Of a stretch of 64,000 nt of DNA, positions 41,665-54,866 are shown piece after piece. The notes beneath the pieces are model-generated. The model saw only the letters and a program-made list of their open reading frames with translations. It did no database searches and was not told the DNA's origin. This DNA is from Octopus vulgaris. Its lineage: Eukaryota. The stretch lies in NCBI GenBank assembly GCA_951406725.2, contig OX597817.1, positions 48,298,001 to 48,362,000 on the forward strand, in the 5' to 3' direction. The stretch's first letter is position 1; each line of letters starts with the position of its first letter. The translations under genes were made by a program, and so were the position numbers.

Positions 41665-42652
41665 TTTTATCTAGTTTCAGCTCACGAGCTGTGGCCATGC
41701 TGGGGCACCGCCATTTGTTGCTGCTACATGATTTTATTTCACGAATGCTTTTTAGCAACTGCCATTTGGTGCAAGAGAGAGTTCGATGCAGCTGCCCTCA
41801 TCTGCACCTCCTGTCGTGAAGTTGGTTCATCCGGGACACCTGACAGGAAGAGATCCAGTACTACTTTAAAAACATCCGCATCCACCCCATGCAGGTCCCT
41901 CAGGTTCTTCGGGAGGATATTGAAGAGCTGTGGGCCTCTGAAGCCCAGGCTATCACAGTATCTTGTCCTACATCTTGATGGCAAATATGGAGTCGTTGGC
42001 ACCACGCAGTGGCGCCCAGTTCTGGCATTTGTGTAACTCTCGATGCCAAAGTTTGGGACAAGTCCTTCCAGGATCTTCCAGATGTATATTATGGCATATC
42101 TTTCTCGCCTACGCTCCAAGGAATAGAGTTTTAATCTCTTGAGTCTTTCCCAGTAGCTTATATGCTGCACAGAGGCTATCTTCTTCGTGTAGCTTCGTTG
42201 GATCGCCTCAAGTTCTGTGATCAACTTGACACTGGATGGTGACCATAGCTGAGAGCAATAGTCAAAGTGGCTTAGGACAAGTGTCCTCCAGAGGACCATC
42301 GTGGTTTCTTGTTCTCTTGTTCTAAATGTTCAAAGAATCTATCCGGCCAACCGTTTACATTTCATTGCGAATTTAGCAACATGTACATGAAAGGTTGCGT
42401 CATCACTCATGTAAATACCCAGGTCACGCACTGATTGTGCCTCTGGGATTGCAATCCCTCCAAGTCCAGTGTATTCATTGGGTATTGCATTTAGTTTTGC
42501 ATGCTGATAGCATAAAGCTTGAAATTTTCAGCATTGAACTGCATGCTATACTTTTCAGCCCACTTGTATATTTTGTCCAGCTCACATTGCAGGTGCTTAG
42601 TGTCTTCAGGGTCCTGTATTGCCTGTGAAACTTTTGTATCATCTGCATAACT
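41665..42652 (-). mobile_element. 5'-truncated family F2 LINE
   Basis: Starts at SYADDTK. F2-type 3' end. Confidence 0.9.
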
Positions 42653-43272
42653 TATATACATATACATATATATATATACATATGCATATATATATATATA
42701 TATATATATACCTATGCATATATATATATATATACATATATATATACATACATATATACATATATATATGCACACACATATATATATACACACATATATA
42801 TATATAAATATATATATACATATATATACAGATATATATACATATATATATATACATATACATATATATATATACATATACATATATATACATTTATATA
42901 TATACATATACATACATATTTACACATATATATACATATATATATACATATATATATACATTTATACATATACATATACATATATACATATACATATATA
43001 TACATATATACCTATATATATATATACATATACATATATACATATATATATATATATGCATATACATATACATATATATATACATATACATATACATATA
43101 CATATATATATATATACATATATATATATACATATACATAATACATATATACACATATACATATACATATATACATATACATATATATATATACATATAT
43201 ACATATACATATATACATATACATATATATATACATATACATACATATATATATATACATATATAGCTATAC

Positions 43273-43327
<55 letters not shown>

Positions 43328-43375
43328 CATATATGAAAGAATGGAGTTGAACGACGAATTAACAAAATTCCTCTA

Positions 43376-43458
43376 TTTTCGACATATGTTTCGAAGGCTG
43401 CATATTCCTAATTGCGAAGGAATAAGGAGTATATTATGCCGCTTTCTCATCAGGAAAA
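43376..43458 (-). ncRNA. Type I hammerhead (mirror copy)
   Basis: ttttc-CTGATGA-gaa...ttc-GAAA-CATATG-TC-gaaaa on minus. Confidence 0.8.
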
Positions 43459-43611
43459 GCAAGGAACTTATGTCAACATCAAGATGCACAAAAAACTTTT
43501 AGATGACTGCTCACACGGAGCCCATTGTGATAATCATTATTACTATGGTCTCCATGTGAGCAGTCATCTAAAAGTCATTTGTGCATCTTGATGTTGACAT
43601 AAGTTCCTTGC

Positions 43612-43694
43612 TTTTCCTGATGAGAAAGCGGCATAATATACTCCTTATTCCTTCGCAATTAGGAATATGCAGCCTTCGAAACATATGTCGAAAA
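43612..43694 (+). ncRNA. Type I hammerhead ribozyme
   Basis: ttttc-CTGATGA-gaa...ttc-GAAA-CATATG-TC-gaaaa. Confidence 0.8.
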
Positions 43695-44074
43695 TAATGG
43701 AATTTTGATAATTCGTCGTTCAACTCCATTCTTCCATATATTTATATTTAAAAAAAAACATACAAATTTCCACACGAAAGCATGTAACTTCAAACGTGTC
43801 TTCTCTGATGTGAATTTGCTACCCAGGTATCGGTTAACCGAATTATCTATAACAAGGTAATTCATTCAACTGCTCAAATATACATATATACATATACATA
43901 TATATATACATATACATATATACATATACATATATATATACATATACATATACATATATATATATACATATATATATATACATATGCATATGCATATGCA
44001 TATATATATACATATATATATACATATATATACATGCATATATATACATGCATATATATATACATATATATATG

Positions 44075-44121
<47 letters not shown>

Positions 44122-44159
44122 GCACACACATATATTTATATACATATATACATATGTAC

Positions 44160-44320
44160 ATGTAACAACGTAATTCCTGGTTTTTCGTGAAGAGAAAGCT
44201 GCAATATGGTATCCTTATTTAATCAGAATTTGGAAAATTGTGGCCTTTGAAACATGTGTAGAATGTAATAAAAGGAATTCTGTACAATCTTCGTTCAACT
44301 CCATTTCTTCCATTCACTAA
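44160..44320 (+). mobile_element. Diverged relative of the 43.6-kb PLE repeat with a decayed hammerhead
   Basis: GTGAAGAGAAAG...GAAACATGTGTA...TCGTTCAACTCCATT. Confidence 0.55.
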
Positions 44321-44487
44321 TCATATATACATATATATATATATACACATATATATATAATATATATATATATATATACATATATATATACACACAAATA
44401 TATACATATATATATATACATATATATATACATATATATATATACATATATATATACATATACATATATATATACATATATATATAC

Positions 44488-44542
<55 letters not shown>

Positions 44543-44579
44543 TATACATATATATACATATATATATATGTATATATGG

Positions 44580-45063
44580 TAGACTAATCTTCGCCGAGAA
44601 AATCACATGAAGTTGGCTAAAAAGTATTTTTTACTTTTAAAGAATCATCAATATGTATCATGTTTGAAAGACTCTGCAAAGATTTTCTACAATCGTTTAA
44701 TCCTGCTTTTATAAAACATTGCTGAATTACTGTAAAATATATCCTCTGAGAGAGAAAGCATTTCTTTACTTCTGTGTCTGAAACGTGCAAGCGATAATTT
44801 TCTCTTTTAAATATACTTTGATAGATTTCCAAAGAGTATTTGCGACATCTTTAGATATTGGCATTGATCAATATTACTTCTTTCTCTCTCTGTCTCTTCA
44901 CGTCTCTCCCTCACGCCTTTGCTTGTCTCTTCATTACTCTCTTCTTATCTTCTTTCAGCTCTCAATCTCTCTTTAAATACATAGACGCTTTCTTTCTCTA
45001 TTTCTTCTCTACCCTCTATCGCACTATTAAATTAATATAAATTAATATAATTAGATAGATAGA
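44580..45063 (-). mobile_element. Possible degenerate non-autonomous Helitron
   Basis: Minus 5' end A|TCTATCTAATTATATTAA. The 3' end has an imperfect CTTC..GAAG hairpin and then TTAGTCTAC (CTAG expected). Confidence 0.35.
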
Positions 45064-45074
45064 TAAATAAAATA

Positions 45075-48000
45075 TCAAAAATGTCCAGAGCCTGGAAAAG
45101 TAATGAATTGGCGTTGTTCCTGAGAGCCTGGTAATGCCGACGGAGATAATCCGAACAACATAATTACAGCTGCGCTAAAGAGCAGTGGATATAAAAGATA
45201 GAGCAAAAAAAGCAGGCGTTTATACGCTCCTATGCACTCATAAGATCTCACAGTGGCACGCTTGATGCCATCTTTGACAACGAACAAAGTAAAGATGGCA
45301 AGGATGGAGACACGGGTGCTGATGAAAGATGTCACCCCCACTTGGTAAGCACCCAGGTAGAAGATTTAAGTGAGAAACCTTCACGGGAATTAAACCCAAG
45401 TGTAAGTGCTCCTACCAGCACCAAAAGCCATGGAGATAAAAGAGCCAAAAAAGAAACAGCCAAAGAAGGAAAAACTAAAACTCAAACAAAACCAAAAGAT
45501 GAAACAGCCAAGGATAGAAGCAAACCTGACTATCCATGTACCAAAAAGGATAGAAACAGACAGCGCACACGAATATGTAAATTCTACATGAAAGGTGTCT
45601 GCTGGCATGGAGAGGAAGGTGCAGACTGCCGTTTTGTACATCAAAGACCCTGCCACATAAAGTCGAAACAGGTCAGAAACCAACTACCAAAAGGAAAAGG
45701 AATGGACCCCGCACCACCTGCCCAAAATGGAGGTACGCAGATGTGGTGCGTGCTAAAACCGCCAACATGTTATTGAAAGGGCAGCTGCTGAACAAGAATC
45801 TTTTTTGTGCATGGCACAAAAGATTGTACAGCAGCTAACCTGACTCCATCAAACTCAAACTCGCAGATGGGACTATCCACAATATACAAGACAGCCACAG
45901 CAAATAGACCCAAGGTGGACACCGCCGGCAACAGCATACACCTCACCTCGATGCTCCTACTGAACATCAGAGGACTGCAAACACTCAGTAACAGGACAAA
46001 AATCCCGTTCTTGACAGACTTTGTTGCATGCAATCAAGCCTTATGCATAGCACTTACGGAAACACACCTGAAACCGAACATAGCAGATGCGGAATTACAC
46101 ATACCACAGTATGTTGTACTACGGACCGACAGAAACGAAAGGAGTCATGGAGGAGTTGCTATGTACATCAGTGAGGATCTCACACCCCAGGGCCATTTGT
46201 CATACTCAAACTCGGTGTGTGACACACTAATTGTTCATATAAGGCAACTTGGTGTAGTTGTGTGTGCTACATATCGCCCTCCAGATGCCCCAAGCCATGT
46301 AGGCAAGTTTGAAGACTGCCTTATAAAAATAGAAGAAGTTCTAGTCACATTAGAACAACACATAAGTGTACTTCTTATGGGAGACTTCAATCTACCCAAT
46401 GTCAGATGGCCCGAGGGCCTTTCTCTCCCAGGAATGACATGATGTGAACGAGGACAGGCGAGGTCTCTCCTGAACCTCATCAACACCCTGTACATGGAGC
46501 AAGTAATACTCCAACCAGCCAGGGCAGGAAACATACTGGATCTCTGCTTCACAAATAATATGGATCTCATCCATAATGTGAAAGTGACACCGACACTACT
46601 CTCGGATCACAACATGGTAGAGCTGACCATGTACGGGCCAAAGGAAAGCATGGACATGCAGCCTACAAGAAACTCTCAGAATCTTTCCAGCTTGAACTTC
46701 CATTAGGCAAACTGGAAACAAATTGAGAAAGAGATCCTCAAACAAAACTGGCCTGAATGTCTCTCCTCACCAGACATCGATATGAAACTCCAACAATTCA
46801 TGTATTTAATGCAAGCCATATGCTACAAATGTGTCCCAGAGAGAGAGGCCACTGTACACAAGAACGAAATCCCCAGAGAGAGGAAAATTCTAATGAGATG
46901 GCGTACAAAAGTTTCAAATCGCCTAAACAAACAAATTGAAAGCAGTGAAAAGTCCCGCCTGAAAATAAAACTGTTGGAAATTGAAAATTGTCTGCAACTC
47001 TCCCATGAAAAGGAAAGAGCAGACAAAGAAGCCTGGGCTATAGACAACATAAAATCTAACCTCAGAGCTTTCTACAGGTATGCCAAAGAAACAGCTACGG
47101 TGCACTGTAGGATAGGGCCACTCCTTGAAAAGGATGGCACACTCACAGGAAATCCAATTAGGGTAAGTGAAATACTAAATGAGTAATTCAAGAGTGTTTT
47201 CACTCCACCCCTTGGGCATTTCCAAATCAGCAATCCAACTGACTTCTTTACCACTGCAGATATAGAATCAGAGGCAGCGATGATTGATTACATCAATATA
47301 AAGGAAGACGATGTAATAAAGGCTATAGATGAAATGAAAACAAACTCAGCTACTGGCCCCGATGGATTCCCGGCAATCCTCCTAAAAGTATGTAAGAGAG
47401 TCCTAGAAAGACCACTGCAGTTCCTCTTTCAGAGCTTACTTGCAGCTGGCAAACTTCCAAGAAAACTGAAGGAAGGTAAAATATGCCCTATTCATAAAGG
47501 AGGTAGCAGAGCGGAGGCCAAGAACTACAGACCTATCTCTCTCACCTCACACATCAGCAAGGTCATGGAACGAATAGTCAGAAGGAAACTAATCACCTTC
47601 CTTGAAGAAAATGACTTGCTGCCTGACACCCAACATGGTTTCCGACCAGGAAGAAGCTGCTTAACTCAGCTCCTACAACACTATGACTGGGTGCTGAAAC
47701 GACTGCTCAACCACTCAAATGTGGAAGTGATATATCTCGACTTTGCAAAGGCCTTTGATAAAGTCGATCATGGAATGATGTCACAAACTGCGTGATCTTG
47801 GCATAGTTGGAAAATTGGGAGGATGGCTTCATGACTTTCTGAAGGATAAAATTCAGGTGGTAGTAGCCATTGAGGCCACTTCCATTAACACGCAAATAGT
47901 GAGCGGTGTTCCACAGGGCACTGTTTTGGGACCACTACTGCTCATAATGGCCCTCTCAGACATGCCCCCAGCCTCGTAGAGAGCCACGATCAAAAGTTAT

Positions 48001-48985
48001 GCAGATGATACAAAAGTTTCACAGGCAATACAGAACCCTGAAGACATTAAGCACCTGCAATGTGAGCTGGACAAAATATACAAGTGGGCTGAAAAGAATA
48101 GCATGCAGTTCAATGCTGAAAAGTTTCAAACTTTATGCTATCAGCATGCAAGACTAAATGCAATACCCAATGAATACACTGGAGCTGGAGGGATTGCAAT
48201 CCCAGAGGCACAATCAGTGCGTGACCTGGGTATTTACATGAGTGATGACGCAACCTTTCATGTACATGTTGCTAAATTCGCAATGAAATGTAAACGGTTG
48301 GCCGGATGGATTCTTTGAACATTTAGAACAAGAGAACAAGAAACCACGATGGTCCTCTGGAGGACACTTGTCCTAAGCCACTTTGACTATTGCTCTCAGC
48401 TATGGTCACCATCCAGTGTCAAGTTGATCACAGAACTTGAGGCGATCCAATGAAGCTAAACGAAGAAGATAGCTTCTGTGCGGCATGTAAGCTACTGGGA
48501 AAGACTCAAGAGATTAAAACTCTATTCCTTGGAGCGTAGGCCAGTAAGATATGCCATAATATACATCTGGAAGATCCTGGAAGGACTTGTCCCAAACTTT
48601 GGCATCGAAAGTTACACAAATGCCAGAACTGGGCGCCACTGCGTGGTGCCAACGACTCCAAATTTGCCATCAAGATGTAGGACAAGATACTGTGATAGCC
48701 TGGGCTTCAGAGGCCCACAGCTCTTCAATATCCTCCCGAAGAACCTGAGGGACCTGCATGGGTTGGATGCGGATGTCTTTAAAGTAGTACTGGATCTCTT
48801 CCTGTCAGGTGTCTCGGATGAACCAACTTCTCGGCAGGAGGTGCAGATGAGGGCAGCTGCATCGAACTCTCTCTTGCACCAAATGGCAGTTGCTAAAAAG
48901 CATTCGTGAAGTAAAATCATGTAGCAAACCAAATGGCGGTGCCCCAGCATGGCCACAGCTCGTGAGCTGAAACTAGATAAAATAT
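45075..48985 (+). mobile_element. Near full-length family F2 LINE, disrupted by stops and frameshifts
   Basis: Basic ORF1 with a CCCH finger (CKFYMKGVCWHGEEGADCRFVH), APE endonuclease (LNIRGL, LTETHL, YRPP, GDFNLP, LSDH), RT and F2 tail. The 5' boundary is approximate. Confidence 0.9.
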
Positions 48986-49227
48986 AAAAAATTATAAAAA
49001 TACATATATATATACATACACACATATATATATACATATATATATATATACACACATATATATACATATATATATACACACATATATATATACATACATA
49101 TATACATATATATATATACACATATATATATACATACATATATACATATATATATATACACATATATATATATACATATATATATATACATATATATATA
49201 TATACACATATACATACATATACATAC

Positions 49228-49262
<35 letters not shown>

Positions 49263-49287
49263 CATATATACATATACATATACATAC

Positions 49288-49318
<31 letters not shown>

Positions 49319-49384
49319 CATATACATATATATATTTTTATATATTTACACACATATATACATATATACACACACATATATATA

Positions 49385-49417
<33 letters not shown>

Positions 49418-49440
49418 ACTAGCATTAAAGACCCGTCGTT

Positions 49441-49598
49441 GCTGGGTCATAGTGCTAGTGCACGTATATATGTGTATATATATGTGTACATCTATATATA
49501 TACATCTACACATAAAATGCTGGGTCATAGTGCTAGTGCACGTATATATGTGTATATATATGTGTACATCTATATATATACATCTACACATAAAATGC
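49441..49598. repeat. 78-bp tandem duplication inside the Helitron
   Basis: GCTGGGTCATAGTGCTAG... at 49441 and 49519. Confidence 0.95.
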
Positions 49599-49649
49599 AA
49601 AATACAAGGTTATATCTTGATATCGCTATTGATAACAATACTCAAAATA

Positions 49650-49665
49650 TATAACAGACTGGAAT
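49650..49665. repeat. 16-bp target-site duplication of Tx1 element A (second copy 54851-54866)
   Basis: TATAACAGACTGGAAT is exact at both ends. Confidence 0.85.
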
Positions 49666-49904
49666 TGTTTTATTATTACTCACAAGGGGCGAACATAGAG
49701 GGGACAATACAATCTGATGTGGGGACAGATATACGAATGGGTTTACAAAAAAGGCGAATTTAAAAATTTACAAAAATTACAAAAATAGAAAAAATCGAAT
49801 GGGGAACAGACCGGAAGACATTACGGATGGAGTGGGGGCGGGTTTAGCTCGGACCCCACGAGCCCCGCTCCCCACTGATACTTTGGTTTCGTCTAGTTTT
49901 ACAT

Positions 49905-52900
49905 TTATGTGGTATCATCCACTCGCAACTTTCGTGCTACATCTTTCCATCGTTCTTCATACACTCTCTTTGTCAGGCATTTTCTCTCCAGCCATATCTT
50001 CCTTTTCAGGTGAAAGATGAAGTAATTCATCAAACCAGGGCCGGAGATGAACTTGCCTGACCGTAAACTTTTCATTCTCGTCTTCCATATCACCTCTTTC
50101 GCAATTGCTACTACAACGAGAAAACAATTCTTACCTTCTTTCGCGAGGAAATCTGGTGGGTCAATTTTTGTAATAGACTCAGTCGACAGCTGTACTCTTC
50201 GTGTGCTTGACAACAGCTGTTCGGCATAAACCCACACCTCAGACACGACCGAACAATGAACAATAGCGTGCGGGACGGTTTCCCTATCCCGCTCGCATCT
50301 TGGACATATCGGACTGTCTTGGCCACCGTGCCTTGCGAGTTTATCCCGAACAGGTAGAGCTCCTCTGTAGCATTGCCATGCCAGAGACTTCTGGAAGTTG
50401 TCCAGTGTCTTCGGCTCGAACGTACGTCGGAACAGACTGGCCAGCTGATTATCGTCGAGACCTAGGGTTTCCCCCAAGGTATCTTCACATTCCGCCTCTA
50501 CCAACCCTCTATAGAAGAATGTGGTGGAACCCCCACCGCAGGCGTTGCCCGAGCGACGGGATAGCAGGAGAGCCTTGCGACACTCCGTGTACCATGTGCC
50601 CAGTTTCGATCTACGGTTCAGCCAGGTTTCCCATCCACCGAAACTAGTGAACTTGGGAAACATCAGTTTTGCTAGCGGAGACCACACCCGTTCACCATCC
50701 AGGTAGAGCCACAGATGTCTTAACCTCAGCGCATGTCTGCGCATCATCAGCCAAGGCATCCCTAGCCCACCCTTTAACGATTGTTGACAGCAAGTAGAGC
50801 GTTTCACAAGTGGTTTCCCGCCCTTCCACAAGAAGTAGAAGAGCTGTCTTTCCAACTTGATCAACCACGAATCAGGGCAAGGAACGACGGAAAGGCGGTA
50901 GGTGATAACCGATGCGATAAACACATTGGCTACCTCCGCCCTCCCTTTCAGGGATAGCCACCGCCAAGACCAGGTCTTGGTTACTGCAGCCACCCTGCTC
51001 GATACCTCGCCCCAATTCTTCTCTATTTGGAGGTCAGGACCGAACCAAACCCCTAGCAACTTAATCGGACCCTCCGTCCAACGTCCTACGACGCTGTCAG
51101 GAGGCATCGACTTGCCTCTCCAGGTGCCGAGTTGCAAGCCGACTGACTTTTCACGATTAACTTTTGCTCCTGTCACCGTCTCGTAAACCTGTATGGCCTT
51201 GCCTACTTTACGTAGGTGATCCATTTCGGTTACGATGATGGTGATGTCATCCGCGTACGCTGACACCGATTTTCCACTACCTGGCTGTCTCGGGATGCCG
51301 CTCAGTTTTCGCAGTAATGGCTCAAGAGTCATCACGTACAAAAGCGGGGAGAGCGGACACCCTTGACGAACCGAGCGCTTGATGTTGAACGGCTTCGACA
51401 AGAAGCCGTTCACCCGAACTACCGAGTCGATGTTGTCGTAAATTTGGATAATCCACCTGAGGAAGCCAAGGCCCAGCCCGAACTGTGCCAGGGCAGATAC
51501 CAGGTAGCGATGGTCGACCCTATCGAATGCTTTAGATTGGTCTAAATGGACCAGTGCCCCACCCTTGCCAGAATCACTATTAAACCCCTCTATAGTGTAC
51601 CGCATAAGATGGAGATTATCCTGAATGGTTCTGCCGGGAACGGCACATGTCTGCCTCCCCGATCAAACCATCCGCGACACGCGCCAATCTTTTCGATAAC
51701 ACTCTGGCCAAAATCTTCAACTCTGTGTTTAGCAGAGTGATGGGCCTGAAATTATCAATGCACTCCTCCTTGCTCGGGTCCTTTCTGACGAGTGTCACTA
51801 CTCCCCGGCGCACAGATCTGGGTATGAACCCGTTCTGCTTCCAGTTCGCATAGACCTCCGCCAGTAGGTGCCCGAACAAGTCTGGCATACTCTTATATAA
51901 CTTATAGGGTAGACCATCTAAACCCGGCGCCTTGCCCGCGCCGCAGTCCGCCATCGCCTCAACCACCTCCCCAGGCGTGATTGGCCCTTCACAGCCCTCC
52001 GCATCTCGCCCCGATAAGCGCGGCAGCCCGTCGAGGAGGTCCGTAAAGGCCCTCCTCCTATTCAGTCCGCCGCACTCACCGAAAAGCTGAGCGAAGTGCT
52101 CCTGAAAGGCCTCATACATCTCTTCGGGCTCGTTTATCAACTCACCTTGTTGGTTCGTCATAGATCGAATCGTGGCGTCGTTACCACGCTGAGCTTCCAC
52201 CACTCGGGCCCATCTCACGGCGTTGATTCCTTCACAACCCATTGCGCGGATCCTAACCCTGACAATGCAGCCCATGTGTTTGGCCTCGAGGTGCTGGTTT
52301 AACGCAAGTCTCTTGGCCGCCACCTGAACCGCAGAGCCAGATTTCAAGGCTTCCTCTAATTCCCTAACTAGAGTAGATTCCCTCCTAGCCTCTCTAGCCA
52401 CTAATCCTATGCTATATCTAATAGACTCGAATTTGATGGCTCGCTTGAGGGCATACCACCATTTGTTATTAATGATGGCACCAGATAGTGCCCTCTGAAT
52501 TATAGTCCTAATCCGGTCTCTGTACTCCTTAATCGCCAAAAGGGACGTATTAAGTTTCCAGTAACCGGAGCCTCTATTTTTAACCTTATCTATGTCAAGC
52601 TTACAGGTGACCATTTTATGATCACTGTAGCTGACCAGGTAAAACTGTGGACACTTAGCTATTTTTCTGTCTACTTTTCTAATTAGTATCCTATCTATGT
52701 ATGACCTGGAAGATCCGTCGCTGTTTGACCATGTCCACAATGGAGCGTTCGGAAATTCCAACCTATAAGGATCTGCTAGCTCAAAGCGGCTTAGCAGTTC
52801 CAGGAAGCCAATGTTACCTTTTCTATCTGGACGCAAGCCAACACAATCTACATCCGTTTTGCAAATTGTGTTAAAGTCTCCTAGCATAACTAATGAATGC

Positions 52901-53298
52901 GAAGTACCAAGAAAGTTTTCCAGTTCTCGAAAATAATCACTTTGCCCTTTTTGGTTAGGTGCGTAAATTGCATCCAGTCTGATAACTTTACCGTTACTGA
53001 ACGTCAAATCCATGACGACCAGCCTACCTTCTGGGTCTGAAAAAATTAACTTTTTCTCAAAAACCCGGTTTCTTTTTAATAGGACCAACACCCCACCCCC
53101 GCCTGTAGGACTGGCCGGAGAGAAAAAACTCTCGTAGCCGTCAAACAGCGGGAGTAGACCTTTTGGCCCCTCTAACCGGGTTTCTGTAGCAACAATAACA
53201 TCCAAATTACGCGACCTGATATCATTAAGGAAGCGACCTTGCTTCCAGCTTGATCCCAGGCCGCGCACATTTAAACAACCAACAAAAATGCAATCCAT
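49905..53298 (-). CDS. Tx1 ORF2 (APE endonuclease, RT, C-terminal zinc finger) with one frameshift at ~51650
   Basis: CLNVRGL, TET, GDFN, YIDR, SDH; KAPGLDGLP, FRPITLLN, KAFDRV, RQGCPLSP, YADD; CPRC...HAIVHC. Confidence 0.92.
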
Positions 53299-53306
53299 GA
53301 CTTACC

Positions 53307-54580
53307 TTATATCAGTGGTTCGACTTGTTCGACTTGTTTTTCTTCTTCTTCACTTTTATTTTTTTCCTGGGCTCGTGGGGGAGTCCGACGCAGGCCCTCG
53401 TATAAATATGGAGATATATCCAATCTCAGAGGGCCCACGTCGTGAAAGAATTCGGATTTTATCCGTCCGTAATCCTTCCCGCCTATTCTATAAACAATAC
53501 AGTCTTTTGTTTTTTTAATTTTCTCCACCTTGGCCATGGCTGCCAAAACGTTAATTAGCCTGTTGTTGGCAGCCTTAATGGCCATAAATGTATTCGTCGC
53601 TTCTTTCCTCTTTTTTTGGCTCTCTTTCTGAGGGGTGGTTTCTGTTTTCCGTTTTTTTTTTTGGTAATTTTTGACCACCCCTCCTCTTTTTCCTTTTCTT
53701 CGCCGCTTGTTGTTTCTGTTGCTTCTTTGGTTTCTGTAGTTTCTGGTGTTTTCTCTTCTGTTTTCTCTTTTCTTGTTTTTTCTTTTTCTGGCGGTGCTGC
53801 TTCCTGCGGTCTAGGTTGGCACTCCGCTCTCACGTGCCCCTTTTTACCGCAGCCGAAGCACCTCGGCTTTCTGCCCTCCACAAACACTATCACCCTCTCC
53901 TCCTCGCTGATCCTTAATGTCTCTGGAATTTCTTCCAATGTTTGTACTTCCGTTTGTATCACTATTGAAATGCATTGGCCTTGCCAATGCTCCTCCTCCT
54001 CTACTGTAGCCTGGAGGATATTGATTTTTTTCCTCCAGGCCTAACATGACTGCCGCCACCAGGCATGTGGCATCTGCCTCTGGGGGAATGTTTCTTATTT
54101 TGATTTTTGAGGTCCTTCTGCCTCTGTACAGGGGGAGGAGGACTATATTATCGGCTTTTAGTGGTTCAGTTGATAGCTTTTTAGCTATCTCTTCTGACCT
54201 GAACCTCACCTCTACCGTTCCAAATCTTCTTCCACGATTTATATAAGTTATTTCCTGCCATATTGTCTTTAGGCAACACTCGATTTTCTTTTCTTCCACT
54301 CTTTGAATGGACTTCGTTGTTGAGTTGTACGTTTTATAAATAATCCTTTTTTTTTCCACCTCTTCCATCTTACTGACGTCCGGCGTTACTGATACTTCTG
54401 TACCTTCCTTTTTAGACATGCTGTGTATTTTTCCAGGCTGCTTCTTTCTGTTTTAATTGTCTTCAGCTTCTTGCCCGCAACTTCAGAAAACTTCTTAGCT
54501 GGGGCTTCTTCTGCTTTCGGCGACACCGCCGGTGAGCTTTCTTCACCTGACACAGGTGAATAGGAGATGGGGGTATCCAT
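53307..54580 (-). pseudogene. Tx1 ORF1 (gag-like, single CCHC knuckle), frameshifted
   Basis: FGTVEVRF, IRNIPPE, VEGRKPRCFGCGKKGHVRAEC, spread over several frames. Confidence 0.85.
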
Positions 54581-54866
54581 CTCGAAAATGGCTTAATAAG
54601 CATTTCAATTGGCTTTCACAAGCCTTCAAAAAATTCAGGCTTCGCAAGCCTTTTGTGTAGATTTTTAAATGTGTTCCACACAAAATGTTCCACAATAATT
54701 CCCCTGCAGGGGGGAATTAAATACGTAGCCTTCGCGCGAAGGCTAATGACAGTCTTATACAAAAGACACAATATATCAATCAAAGTAACAGTAATTAAAT
54801 TAACAAACCGGTATTAACAAAGTAGCAGCAAATGACAAAACAGACTGGCGTATAACAGACTGGAAT

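Larger units (their letters stand above)
43333..43878. mobile_element. PLE-type fold-back with ~200-bp inverted arms
   Basis: 43335-43530 is the reverse complement of ~43543-43737. Confidence 0.75.
49666..54850 (-). mobile_element. Full-length Tx1-clade (L1 group) non-LTR retrotransposon (element A)
   Basis: 5' UTR, CCHC ORF1, APE-RT-zinc finger ORF2, AATAAA at the 3' end, 16-bp TSD. Confidence 0.92.
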
